This document shows, one piece after another, positions 1 to 10,801 of a stretch of 64,000 bases of DNA. The stretch comes from Clostridia bacterium (GTDB lineage Bacteria > Bacillota > Clostridia > Christensenellales > CAG-138): positions 30,698 to 94,697 of the forward strand of contig JAUNBH010000001.1 in the NCBI GenBank assembly GCA_030527165.1, read 5' to 3'. The notes beneath the pieces were generated by a model that ran no database searches, was not told where the DNA came from, and saw only the letters and a program-made list of their open reading frames with translations. Numbering within the stretch: position 1 is the first letter of the stretch; each line of letters starts with the position of its first letter. A program made the position numbers and the translations under genes.

Positions 1-318
1 TACATTGCCGTAGTGGGCGTATTCAGGGCGGCGGGAGATACGAAAATAGGGATGAAGTACGACCTGGTATTCCTCTGGTTCATAGCGCTTCCGGTGACAT
101 TCCTGTGCGCGTTCGTGCTCAAGCTGCCGTTTGTGGCGGTATATGCCGTGATGCTGCTGTGCGAGGACATACCCAAAACGCTGGTATGCCTGAGGCGTTT
201 TGCGGGCTTGAAGTGGATAATGCCCGTCACCGAGGAGGGCATAAGGGGATTGCGAGAATACAAGGAGGAGCTTTATGCGGCTGGTACTGTCGAAGGAAGT
301 GGAGCGGGCGATAAGTGA
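1..318 (+). CDS. MATE family efflux transporter, C-terminal fragment (gene begins upstream of the window)
   Basis: The frame is open from base 1 (YIAV-VGVFRAAGDTKIGMKYD...). The product has hydrophobic TM segments, and the FRAAGDTK loop is typical of MATE/NorM proteins. Stop codon at 316-318. Confidence 0.8.
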   Translation, partial: YIAVVGVFRAAGDTKIGMKYDLVFLWFIALPVTFLCAFVLKLPFVAVYAVMLLCEDIPKTLVCLRRFAGLKWIMPVTEEGIRGLREYKEELYAAGTVEGSGAGDK

Positions 319-1171
319 GAACAGGCCTGTGGTGGCGTTGGAGAGCACTATAATATCGCACGGAATGCCTTACCCCAAGAACCTGGAAGTTGCGCTGCGC
401 TGTGAGGAGATAGTGCGCTCCGAAGGCGCTACGCCCGCGACTTGCGCCGTAATAGGCGGCGCGCTCTGTGCGGGGCTCGATGACGAGCAGCTCGAGCATC
501 TTGCGACCGCGCGCGACATAGAAAAGCTATCGAGGCGGGATTTGGCGCTCGCGTCGTGCAGAGAGCTGGACGGCGCCACGACTGTCGCCGCGACCATGAT
601 TATAGCCCACATGGCGGGTATAGAGGTATTCGCTACCGGCGGAGTGGGAGGCGTTCACAGGGGCGCACAGACCACTATGGACATATCCGCAGACCTGGAG
701 GAACTGTCGCGCACGCCTGTTGCGGTCGTGTGCGCCGGCGTAAAGAGCATACTCGACATAGGGCTGACGCTCGAATACCTGGAAACGAAGGGCGTGCCCG
801 TGGTTGCATACCGGACGGAGGAGTTTCCGGCGTTCTACACGCGGCAAAGCGGCTACTATGCCGACGCGCGGCTGGACTCGCCGGAGGAAGCGGCGGAGCT
901 GATAGCGGCGCAGCGGAAGCTTGGCACGGGCATTCTCATCGCCAACCCCATACCCGAGGAGTACTCCATGGATGGCGCTGTGGTGGAGCGCGCGATAGCC
1001 GCCGCGCTTGAGGAGGCCCGCACGGCGGGCGTGCGCGGAAAGGCGGTCACTCCGTTCCTGCTGGAGCGCGTGCGGCAGGAGACGTCGGGCGACAGCCTCG
1101 AAGCCAATGCCGAGCTCGTGTACTCAAACGCAAGGCTGGCGGCACGCATTGCGGTTTGCGCGAAAAACTGA
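275..1171 (+). CDS. psuG: Pseudouridine-5'-phosphate glycosidase
   Basis: 298 aa. VVALESTIISHGMPYPKN and ATGGVGGVHRG are hallmark PsuG/IndA motifs. An AGGAGG RBS lies upstream of the ATG. The start overlaps the upstream MATE gene by 44 nt. Confidence 0.9.
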   Translation: MRLVLSKEVERAISENRPVVALESTIISHGMPYPKNLEVALRCEEIVRSEGATPATCAVIGGALCAGLDDEQLEHLATARDIEKLSRRDLALASCRELDGATTVAATMIIAHMAGIEVFATGGVGGVHRGAQTTMDISADLEELSRTPVAVVCAGVKSILDIGLTLEYLETKGVPVVAYRTEEFPAFYTRQSGYYADARLDSPEEAAELIAAQRKLGTGILIANPIPEEYSMDGAVVERAIAAALEEARTAGVRGKAVTPFLLERVRQETSGDSLEANAELVYSNARLAARIAVCAKN

Positions 1172-1234
1172 GCGGGTCGCAAGCTGTTCACAACTTGTTT
1201 ACGATTCATACCTGCTTGGCGGGCGTGCGGAAGT

Positions 1235-1262
1235 TTGAAAAGCAGCGGATTTGTGGTACTAT
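1235..1262 (+). promoter_or_regulatory. Candidate SigA-type promoter for ftsH (TTGAAA-16 nt-TACTAT with a TGn extended -10)
   Basis: TTGAAA at 1235-1240 and tgg-TACTAT at 1254-1262, about 45 nt upstream of the ftsH start. This is a consensus match only. Confidence 0.4.
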
Positions 1263-1304
1263 AACTCTTGATGCTGCTGATTGCGATAATTTGGAGGAAG
1301 TGTT

Positions 1305-3443
<2,139 letters not shown>

Positions 3444-3488
3444 CTCCGCGTAACGCGGCGAGCGACGCCGTGCGCTTGAGAAGCGATA

Positions 3489-3540
3489 AGCGCCGCGGTT
3501 CCCCTCACGGCGAGCGCCGTAGGCAGGGAACCGCGGCGCT
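3489..3540 (+). terminator. Long GC-rich stem-loop downstream of ftsH (possible terminator)
   Basis: AGCGCCGCGGTTCCC (3489-3503) is perfectly complementary to GGGAACCGCGGCGCT (3526-3540), with a 22-nt loop. The downstream U-tract is weak (ctgcgttt). Confidence 0.45.
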
Positions 3541-3584
3541 CTGCGTTTGAAACCTATGCGGCGTCGCTTTATACAGAGGTGTAT

Positions 3585-4436
3585 ATGCGAAAGTACGAAC
3601 TACACGCACATTCCAACATGTCCGACGGCTGCGAGAGTCCCTCGCAGGTCGTCGCGCGCGCTTCGGAGGCAGGCGTAAAGCTGTTGGCGCTGTCGGATCA
3701 CGACTGCATGTTGGGCATAGGCGAAGCGCTGGAGGAAGGAGCGAGGCGGGGTGTAACGGTGCTGCCCGCCATAGAGATAGATGCGGAGTTCGCAGGCGAG
3801 GAAGTGCACATACTGGGCTTGGGCATAGACCGCTTGGACGCGCGGCTCAACGAGGAGATAGCCGCTCAGTGCGCGCGCCGGCGCGAGCGGTTGGAGCGCA
3901 TGGCGGAGGCGCTGCTCGAGCGGGACATTGACGTGCGCCCCGCGCTCAGGCTGTCCGGCGGCAGCGTATCGAGAGTGGACATAGCGCTCGCGTTGATTCG
4001 CATGGGGTTGGCGGAGAGCGTTGCCGACGCGTTTGAGCGCTTCCTTGCGAGCGGCCGCTTTGCCAACCGCGAGTTTGAGCGCATGGATGCTGGGAAGGCG
4101 GTGGAGTTGATAAACGGCGCCTCCGGTGTGGCGGTGCTGGCGCACCCATGCCAGTACGATACGGACGTCGGGGAGCTGGTGCGGGTGCTAAAGCGCCATG
4201 GGCTGTGGGGAGTAGAGGCCTATTACCTTGACGCGACGCCGGAGCAGGCGGCGCGCTTCAGCGCGCTGGCGGCGCGCTGCGGGCTGTTTGTGACCTGCGG
4301 CAGCGACTATCACGGACTAAGCCGGCGACCGCGGGCGCGGATGGGGAGCGCGTTTGTGGACAACGCCGCCACACGGCGGGGCTATGACGCGCTCGTGCGC
4401 AAGTTGGGCGTGGAGGGTTTGGCGTATAGCGATTGA
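3585..4436 (+). CDS. PHP-domain metal-dependent phosphoesterase (TrpH/YciV-like)
   Basis: The N-terminal ELHAHSNMSDG (H-x-H) motif plus LALSDHD and AHP motifs are typical of the PHP family. I prefer the ATG at 3585 (AGAGG RBS) over the GTG at 3579. Confidence 0.8.
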   Translation: MRKYELHAHSNMSDGCESPSQVVARASEAGVKLLALSDHDCMLGIGEALEEGARRGVTVLPAIEIDAEFAGEEVHILGLGIDRLDARLNEEIAAQCARRRERLERMAEALLERDIDVRPALRLSGGSVSRVDIALALIRMGLAESVADAFERFLASGRFANREFERMDAGKAVELINGASGVAVLAHPCQYDTDVGELVRVLKRHGLWGVEAYYLDATPEQAARFSALAARCGLFVTCGSDYHGLSRRPRARMGSAFVDNAATRRGYDALVRKLGVEGLAYSD

Positions 4437-4570
4437 GTAGTAGCCGCGCGCCGTCCCCTCGTGCCGCGCCGCGACGATTGTTGGCGCGGTGCGCCCCCAC
4501 CCACCCGCCCCAAAAGGAAGCTTCTCGCTCACGCGAGAAGCTGGCAGGGGCGGTGCATTATTTCCCGGTG
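4437..4570 (+). repeat. Copy 1 of a 134-bp structured direct repeat
   Basis: It starts 1 nt after the PHP stop codon and is about 96% identical to 4661-4794. It contains the hairpin CCGCGCC/GGCGCGG, the long hairpin 4505-4553 (CCGCCCC..GAAGCTTCTCGC-tcac-GCGAGAAGCT..GGGGCGG) and the C-tract 4494-4511. Confidence 0.9.
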
Positions 4571-4660
4571 ACAGATGACTTACGCCCGACTGACGCCGCA
4601 CACATCAGACGGCGTGGAGCACGCATTGGGCGAGGCGCGTGTGCTCGAGCGAGCGCCAGA

Positions 4661-4794
4661 GTAGTAGCCGCGCGCCGTCCCCTCATACCGCGCCGCGACG
4701 ATTGTTGGCGCGGTGCGCCCCCACCCACCCGCCCTAAAAGGAAGCTTCTCGCTTACGCGAGAAGCTGGCAGGGGCGGCGCATTATTTCCCGGTA
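4661..4794 (+). repeat. Copy 2 of the 134-bp structured direct repeat
   Basis: Same orientation as copy 1 at a 224-bp period. It ends 10 nt before the stop codon of the convergent nitroreductase gene. One of the roughly 5 substitutions is in the hairpin loop (tcac to ttac) and another turns a stem C-G pair into a U-G wobble. Confidence 0.9.
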
Positions 4795-4804
4795 AATAGC
4801 CTGT

Positions 4805-5350
4805 CTACGCCCAGATGACGCGGTCGAGCTTGCGCTCTATTTCCCGCGGCGCTGCGTCGGGATAGCCCACGGCTACCGAGCCGTACACTATCTCGTCTGC
4901 CGGGAGACCAATGGACGTCAGTACGGCGCGCACGGCTTCATGGTCGCAGAGCGGGTACACGCAGTTGATCCAGCACGCGCCCAGGCCGAGGGCAGAGGCG
5001 GCGATGAGCATGTTCTCCAGCGCGCAGGAGCAATCCGCGTAGCCCAGGTGATTGGCGCTCGTTTCGCTCGCCAGTATCAGTGCGGGCGCGTTGTAGTGCG
5101 GACGGAAGGCCTCCCCCGGCTTGATGCGCGCGGCGAGCTCAGAGGAGCGCGCAGCGGTGTCTATCGCGCCCATGAGCTGTTCGAGCGCCTCTCCCTGCAG
5201 CACCGTAAGCCGTACCTGCTGCTTGTTCATGGCGGTGGGCGCGTAGAGGCCTGCTTTCACTATCAGCTCCAGCTTTTCGCGCTCTACGCCGTCGGGCTTA
5301 TAGGCGCGTATGCTCCGCCTGTTGAGTATTCCGTTGATCACTTCGTTCAT
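4805..5350 (-). CDS. Nitroreductase family protein (FMN-dependent)
   Basis: 181 aa. The N-terminal RRSIRAYK motif, YAPTAMNKQ and overall length are typical of the NfnB/NfsA-like nitroreductase fold. GGAGGTG RBS. Confidence 0.85.
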   Translation of the reverse strand: MNEVINGILNRRSIRAYKPDGVEREKLELIVKAGLYAPTAMNKQQVRLTVLQGEALEQLMGAIDTAARSSELAARIKPGEAFRPHYNAPALILASETSANHLGYADCSCALENMLIAASALGLGACWINCVYPLCDHEAVRAVLTSIGLPADEIVYGSVAVGYPDAAPREIERKLDRVIWA

Positions 5351-5390
5351 GAGTTACACCTCCAAATTAGTTTTTAGTTGTCTTTGCCGG

Positions 5391-6863
5391 TCAGCCGCCA
5401 GTTGGCGCCTCGGCCTCCTCAGCCTTTGTGTGAACGTCCTTCCACACATAGAGCCACTTGCCGCGGTAGTAGCGCACGAGCGACAATATGCCCCGCATTG
5501 TCAGATCCAGGAACATGGCGTACCAAGCGCCCAACAGCCCCAGCTCAAAGACGTACGACAACAGGTACGCCACGCCTATTCGCACGCCCCACATGCCTAT
5601 GAACCCTATGTAGAACGACCACTTCGTGTCGCCCGCGCCGCGCAGCACGCCGGCAACTATGCTCGAAGCGGCGAACATGGTCTGGGCGCAGGCCTCCACC
5701 CTCAGCACCTGCGCGCCGAGCTCTATGACCTCCGCATCGGGGGTCATAATGGCTAAGAGCGGCGCGGCGGCAAAGTAGAGCACCGCCCCCATGGCGGTCA
5801 TGAAGCCCATGCCCCAGTACAGGCACTGGCGCGAGTAGCGCTTTGCAAGCTCGTGGTTGTTAGCGCCGAGGCACTGCGCCACGAGCGTAGTCGCCGCAGT
5901 AGAGAATCCAAACACCGGCATGTAGGTTATGCTCTCCGCCGTGATGGCGAGATAGTGAGCCGCCAGCACCTTTGTGCCGAGGCCCGTCACCATGGCCGTT
6001 AGCGCTATCTGCCCGCCCGAGAGCGCTATTCGCTCCAGCGCGACCGGATACGCGAGCCGCAGGGTGTCCTTCCAGATGGCGGCGTCGAGCCTGTAATTGT
6101 CGCGTATGCTGATTCTGGCGGGGTAGTCCTTGAGGTAGAGCGTGAGAATCATGATAAGCGCCGAAACGGACATTGAGATGACGGACGCGAGCGCCGCGCC
6201 CTGCACGCCCATATCCGCGCCCCACATCGTGAACGAGACGTCTATGAGCGCCGCGCCTGAGAAGGGCGACGTAATGTGGATAGCTACATCGCGCGTGGGG
6301 AAGATGAACAGGAAGTTCATTGCCACGTTAAGCACGTTTGCGATGAGATTTCCGACCATGGGCGTGCGCGTGTCGCCTGCGCAGCGGATTATCGCGCCCG
6401 AGATGGCGTTTGGCACGTTAAACAGGTACACGAACGCTATCACGGAGAGATACGCGGACGCGTCTGCGTGCAGGTATTCGTCGGCGCCGAGCCAGCCCGG
6501 CAGATACCCCGACAGCGCGAACAGCAGTATGCTTATCGCCGCCCCGAATACCAGCATGGCGACTACCGCTTGGCGCACGACGCGCTTTGCGCGCTCCCCG
6601 TCGCCCGCGCCTATGCTCCTGCCCACGAGCACGGAAAAGCCCACGCCCAGCGCACCGCACAGCCCGTTGATGAGCCATGTGGTAGAGGCGTTAAGGCCAA
6701 CTGCCGCCGATGCATCGGGCCCCAGCGAGCCGACCATGGCGGTGTCGACGTACATCACGGCAGACATGAGCAGCTGCTCGATGATCGTAGGCCATGCCAG
6801 TATGAACATGACCTTTACGGGATTGATGCTGCCGTCAAAAATATTCAGCGGCTTACCTTTCAT
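5391..6863 (-). CDS. MATE family efflux transporter
   Basis: About 12 predicted TM segments, with AWPTIIEQLL..YVDTAMVG and CAGDTRTP / GAGDTKWS repeats typical of MATE. The ORF extends to a GTG at 6905, but I prefer the ATG at 6863 (MKGKPLNIF...). The start is uncertain. Confidence 0.85.
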   Translation of the reverse strand: MKGKPLNIFDGSINPVKVMFILAWPTIIEQLLMSAVMYVDTAMVGSLGPDASAAVGLNASTTWLINGLCGALGVGFSVLVGRSIGAGDGERAKRVVRQAVVAMLVFGAAISILLFALSGYLPGWLGADEYLHADASAYLSVIAFVYLFNVPNAISGAIIRCAGDTRTPMVGNLIANVLNVAMNFLFIFPTRDVAIHITSPFSGAALIDVSFTMWGADMGVQGAALASVISMSVSALIMILTLYLKDYPARISIRDNYRLDAAIWKDTLRLAYPVALERIALSGGQIALTAMVTGLGTKVLAAHYLAITAESITYMPVFGFSTAATTLVAQCLGANNHELAKRYSRQCLYWGMGFMTAMGAVLYFAAAPLLAIMTPDAEVIELGAQVLRVEACAQTMFAASSIVAGVLRGAGDTKWSFYIGFIGMWGVRIGVAYLLSYVFELGLLGAWYAMFLDLTMRGILSLVRYYRGKWLYVWKDVHTKAEEAEAPTGG

Positions 6864-6919
6864 GGGGTCATTATATTCGAGATTCGGAGCGTTGTAAACA
6901 TACACACGGCGAAGAAGTG

Positions 6920-6948
6920 TTGACTAAATTACTAATCGGCGGTAATAT
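6920..6948 (+). promoter_or_regulatory. Candidate SigA-type promoter (TTGACT-17 nt-TAATAT), about 300 nt upstream of the glycosyltransferase gene
   Basis: TTGACT at 6920-6925, a 17-nt spacer, and TAATAT at 6943-6948. Consensus match only. Confidence 0.45.
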
Positions 6949-7251
6949 GGCGACAGACGTCACTCACTTGACACGGTGTGACGCGAGCGAAAGGAGGGGA
7001 TGCGCAGAGGGCGTGCGTCGGATGGGAACGCTCAGGCGGGAGGCTGCGCCGCGGCAGGGCGCGGCAATTCAAACGGACTTTATATGCAATTATGTACTCA
7101 CAGCCCGTCTGTGTTCCCTGTTTCTACGATTATCGGTTTCCGCCGTTCGGCGGAAGGTGAAACTGCCGTTGTGCCGGCGGGCTTTTTGGTCGTCCGATAA
7201 AGAGGCGGCCTCGGCTTTGCGGGCGCGGCGGACAGACGGAGGTAGCTTAAT

Positions 7252-8397
7252 ATGATATTGACAGTTGTATGCGATGTGTTGGGCGCGGAGAACAACGGCA
7301 CGACCATCGCCGCCATGAACCTCATACGGGCAATGCGGGAAAAAGGACACACGGTCAGGGTGGTGTGTCCCGACGAGGAGCAGAGGGGCGAGAGCGATTA
7401 TTATGTAGTCAGGCCGATAAGCTTCGGCCTGTTGGACGAGTACGTCAAGAAGAACGGCGTGTGCATAGCCGAGCCGGACGAAAACACGCTGCGGCGCGCC
7501 ATCGAGGGCGCGGACGCGGTGCACGTCATGACGCCGTTCCTGTTGTCGGCTGCGGCGGTGCGCATAGCCGGAGAGCTGGGTATACCCGTGACGGCGGGGT
7601 TCCACTGCCAAGCGGAGAACTTCACAAATCATCTGCGCCTCATGAACGCGAGGCTCGTCAACCGCGGCCTGTACAAGGTGTTCGACAGGCATGTGTTCAG
7701 CAAGTGCGCCTGCATACACTATCCGACCAGATTCATATGCGACGTGTTCGAGAGCGAGACCGGCAGGGCGACGAACCACCGCATAATATCAAACGGCGTA
7801 GGCAAGGCGTTCGAGCGCAGGCCCTCCGTGCGCCCTGCGGAGTTTGCAGATAAGTTCATTGTAGTGTACACCGGCCGTTACAGCCGTGAAAAGAGCCATA
7901 GCGTGCTCATAGACGGCGTCAACCTGTCGAAGTATCGCGACGGCATACAGTTGGTGTTCGCGGGCGCGGGGCCGCTTCGCGAGTGGCTGGAGAAGTACTC
8001 GTCAGCGCTTCCGAACGCGCCGGTGTTCAAGTTCTTTTCCCGCAGCGAGCTCGTGAACCTGTTGAACTCTGCGGATTTGTACGTCCACCCCGCGGAGATA
8101 GAGATAGAGGCAATATCCTGCCTGGAGGCGATATCGTGCGGGCTGGTGCCGCTCATTGCCGACTCGCCGCGCAGCGCCACTCGTTACTTCGCTCGGGACG
8201 AACGCAATCTGTTCAAGTGCAACGACGCGGCGGATTTAGCGGCAAAGCTGGACTACTGGATAGAGAATCCGCGCGAACGCAGGCTCTGCTCGGACGGCTA
8301 TCTGGGCTATGCGAGGAGGTTTGACCGCGACGCGTGCATGGACGACATGGAGCGCATGCTGCTGGACGTGGTCAGGAGCGGACGTGAAGCGGTCTAA
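7252..8397 (+). CDS. Glycosyltransferase family 4 (GT-B fold; glycolipid synthase-like)
   Basis: 381 aa. The N-terminus ENNGTTIAAMNLIRAMREKGHTV is typical of GT4. The C-terminal half carries an E-x7-E motif (EIEAISCLE). GGAGG RBS. Confidence 0.8.
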   Translation: MILTVVCDVLGAENNGTTIAAMNLIRAMREKGHTVRVVCPDEEQRGESDYYVVRPISFGLLDEYVKKNGVCIAEPDENTLRRAIEGADAVHVMTPFLLSAAAVRIAGELGIPVTAGFHCQAENFTNHLRLMNARLVNRGLYKVFDRHVFSKCACIHYPTRFICDVFESETGRATNHRIISNGVGKAFERRPSVRPAEFADKFIVVYTGRYSREKSHSVLIDGVNLSKYRDGIQLVFAGAGPLREWLEKYSSALPNAPVFKFFSRSELVNLLNSADLYVHPAEIEIEAISCLEAISCGLVPLIADSPRSATRYFARDERNLFKCNDAADLAAKLDYWIENPRERRLCSDGYLGYARRFDRDACMDDMERMLLDVVRSGREAV

Positions 8398-9208
8398 GCG
8401 GGTCGTGCGTTATACGGATGCCGCGCACGATGATTTCGCCGGCACCGGCGTCAGGGCGTGCGAGGTAACGGCGGACTTCGACTTCGCGCCAAAGAGCCTG
8501 CTGTTCAGGGTGAGTTCGTTTCTGCTCTACTACGTCGTCGCTATGCCCTTGATATGGTTCTACTGCCATATAATCCTGGGCTGGCGCATCAAGAACCGAA
8601 GGGCGCTCCGGGGCATTGGCGGCGCATACTTTGTGTACGCCAACCACTCGCATTACAGCGATGCGTTTTTGAGCCCGCTGGTTACTTTCCCGCGCAGGTC
8701 GTATGTCGTGACGAGCCCCGATGCGGTCTCCATAAAGGGCATTCGCTGGCTGGTGCGGCTGCTGGGCGCGATACCCATACCGACGGCGCCGTCGGCGGCA
8801 AAGCGCTACATGCGGGCGGTTTCGCAGCGGATAGATGAGAACGCCTGCGTAGGCGTGTTCCCGGAGGCGCACATATGGCCGTTCTGCACGTTTCTGCGCC
8901 CGTTTGGCTCGGCGGCGTTTCACTATCCGGTTATGAAGAACAGGCCGGCGGTCGCCGTGGCGGTGACGTATCAGCGGCGCAAGGGACTCTTTGCCGCGTT
9001 CGGCACGCCCAAGCGGACTATATACATAAGCGAGCCGTTCTACCCGGACGAAGCCCTGGCGCCCAAGGCGGCGCAGCGCAAGCTCTGCAGTCAGGTCAGC
9101 GATTTTTTGGCGCAGACACTCGCAGCGCGTTCCGACTATGCGTACGTCGAGTACATAGATGCCTCCGGCCGTGACGAGCGCCTCGATGACGAGAGCCGCG
9201 CCGTATAG
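8384..9208 (+). CDS. Lysophospholipid/1-acyl-glycerol-3-phosphate acyltransferase family protein (PlsC-like)
   Basis: H-x4-D catalytic motif (NHSHYSD), FPEAH motif and an N-terminal TM region. I prefer the GTG at 8384 (AGGAGCG RBS, 14-nt overlap with the GT4 gene) over the ATG at 8309 in the track. Confidence 0.75.
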   Translation: MKRSKRVVRYTDAAHDDFAGTGVRACEVTADFDFAPKSLLFRVSSFLLYYVVAMPLIWFYCHIILGWRIKNRRALRGIGGAYFVYANHSHYSDAFLSPLVTFPRRSYVVTSPDAVSIKGIRWLVRLLGAIPIPTAPSAAKRYMRAVSQRIDENACVGVFPEAHIWPFCTFLRPFGSAAFHYPVMKNRPAVAVAVTYQRRKGLFAAFGTPKRTIYISEPFYPDEALAPKAAQRKLCSQVSDFLAQTLAARSDYAYVEYIDASGRDERLDDESRAV

Positions 9209-9318
9209 AGGAGAGGCGCGCCCGGCGCGCACGGGAGCGGAAAATGTAGTATAATGAGTGCGTGGGGCAGCGCAGGTTTCGCCGCTGTCGCCGCGCATTC
9301 TTGTTACGGGTGTGTACG

Positions 9319-10635
9319 ATGGACATTTTTGACGCGCGCAAAAAGACACCTCTGGCGGACAGGATGCGTCCGCGCACGCTGGACGAGTTCATAGGCCAGG
9401 AGCACATAGTGGGCAAGGGGCGGCTGCTGAGGCGGGCGATAGAGACGGATTCGCTTCAGAGCAGCATATTCTTCGGGCCGCCCGGCAGCGGCAAGACCAC
9501 GCTGGCGTCGATAGTAGCAAACACGACCGGCGCGGCTTTCTGCAAGCTCAACGCCGTCACCGCGGGCGTGAAAGACGTGCGCGAGGTAATAGCCAAGGCG
9601 GAGGACGAGCTAAAGTTCTACGGGCGCAGCACATATCTGCTTTTGGACGAGTGCCACAGGTGGAGCAAGGCGCAGTCGGACAGCATATTGCCGGCGATAG
9701 AGAAGGGTACGATAAAGTTCATAGGTTCTACTACCGAGAACCCGATGGTCAGCATGACGGGCGCCATAGTATCGCGCTGCAGGCTGTTTCGCTTTTTGCC
9801 GCTTTCGGACGGGGACGTGCGGCGCGCCGTACTGGCTGCGCTCGCCGACGCGGAGCGCGGCCTGGGCGGGTATCCGGTGCGCCTCGACGAGGACGCGCTG
9901 GAGCACGTAGTGCGCATATCCAACGGCGATGCACGGTGCGCGTTAAATGCGATAGAGCTGGCGGTGCTTACGACGCCGCTGGCGGACGACGCGATACACA
10001 TAGATATCTCGATAGCGGAGGAGTCGATACAGCAGAAGGCTATAAACGTGGACGACGAGCAGTTTTACAACATGCTGTCGGCGTTCTGCAAGAGCTTGCG
10101 CGGCTCGGATTCGGACGCGGCGCTGGCGTGGTTTGCGCGGCTGGTGTACGCGGGAGTGGACCCGCGGATAATATGCAGGCGGCTCATAGCGCATGCGTCG
10201 GAGGACGTAGGGCTTGCCAATCCGGCGGCGATGCAGCAGGCGGTCGCGGCGGCTCAGGCGCTGGAGCACATAGGCATGCCGGAGGCGCGCCTGTCCATAG
10301 CGCAGGCGATAATATTCATATGCGAGTCGCCCAAGTCGAATTCGGTGGTCATGGCGGTAGACGCGGCGTTTGAGGATGCGCGCACCACAAAGGACGAGCC
10401 GGTGCCGGCGTATCTGCGCGATACGAGTTACAGCGGCGCGTCAAAGCTGGGGAGCGGCATTGGGTACAAATATCCGCACGACTACCCGGGGCATTACGTC
10501 GAGCAGGAGTACATGCCGCCGTCTGTGAGGGGGCACAGGTACTACGTCCCGTCAGACCAGGGCACGGAGGCGCGCATAAGGCAGCGGAGCGAGGCGCGGC
10601 GAAGCGGGAGCGCGCCGGGAGAGGAAGCCGAGTAG
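9319..10635 (+). CDS. rarA: Replication-associated recombination protein A (AAA+ ATPase RarA/MgsA)
   Basis: PLADRMRPRTLDEFIGQEHI, Walker A GPPGSGKTTLA, Walker B LLLDECHR and the C-terminal MgsA domain (DPRIICRRL, YKYPHDY). I prefer the start at the ATG at 9319 (MDIFDARKK). Confidence 0.93.
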   Translation: MDIFDARKKTPLADRMRPRTLDEFIGQEHIVGKGRLLRRAIETDSLQSSIFFGPPGSGKTTLASIVANTTGAAFCKLNAVTAGVKDVREVIAKAEDELKFYGRSTYLLLDECHRWSKAQSDSILPAIEKGTIKFIGSTTENPMVSMTGAIVSRCRLFRFLPLSDGDVRRAVLAALADAERGLGGYPVRLDEDALEHVVRISNGDARCALNAIELAVLTTPLADDAIHIDISIAEESIQQKAINVDDEQFYNMLSAFCKSLRGSDSDAALAWFARLVYAGVDPRIICRRLIAHASEDVGLANPAAMQQAVAAAQALEHIGMPEARLSIAQAIIFICESPKSNSVVMAVDAAFEDARTTKDEPVPAYLRDTSYSGASKLGSGIGYKYPHDYPGHYVEQEYMPPSVRGHRYYVPSDQGTEARIRQRSEARRSGSAPGEEAE

Positions 10636-10801
10636 GGCGCGCCGCTTTGGCGGCTGCGCGCGCGGAGTGTCGGGTTCGCATTTCGGCTTGTCAATCCGCC
10701 AATTTTTCGTTTACAACGGGAATGGTTGATGTTAAAATACTATTTGGTGTATTGACGTTGGTCGGATTAACCTAATAACTCACAGGGGGAGATTGATAAA
10801 A

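Noticed and set aside
4437-4794. Possible CRISPR array, because direct repeats occur in an intergenic region.
   Set aside because: There are only two copies, the units are 134 bp long with a 90-bp spacer, and no cas genes are present. This does not match CRISPR repeat and spacer dimensions.
4433-4795. A 120-aa + strand ORF spanning both copies of the 134-bp repeat.
   Set aside because: The composition is Arg/Pro/Ala-rich and there is no RBS. The repeat copies carry structure-preserving rather than codon-preserving substitutions. I treat it as non-coding.
6917-7255. ORFs in the MATE/glycosyltransferase intergenic region (6917-7255, 6978-7160 and 7000-7200 on the + strand; 7090-7779 on the minus strand).
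   Set aside because: They have no RBS, implausible composition and mutually overlapping frames. The region is better explained as a promoter plus 5' leader.
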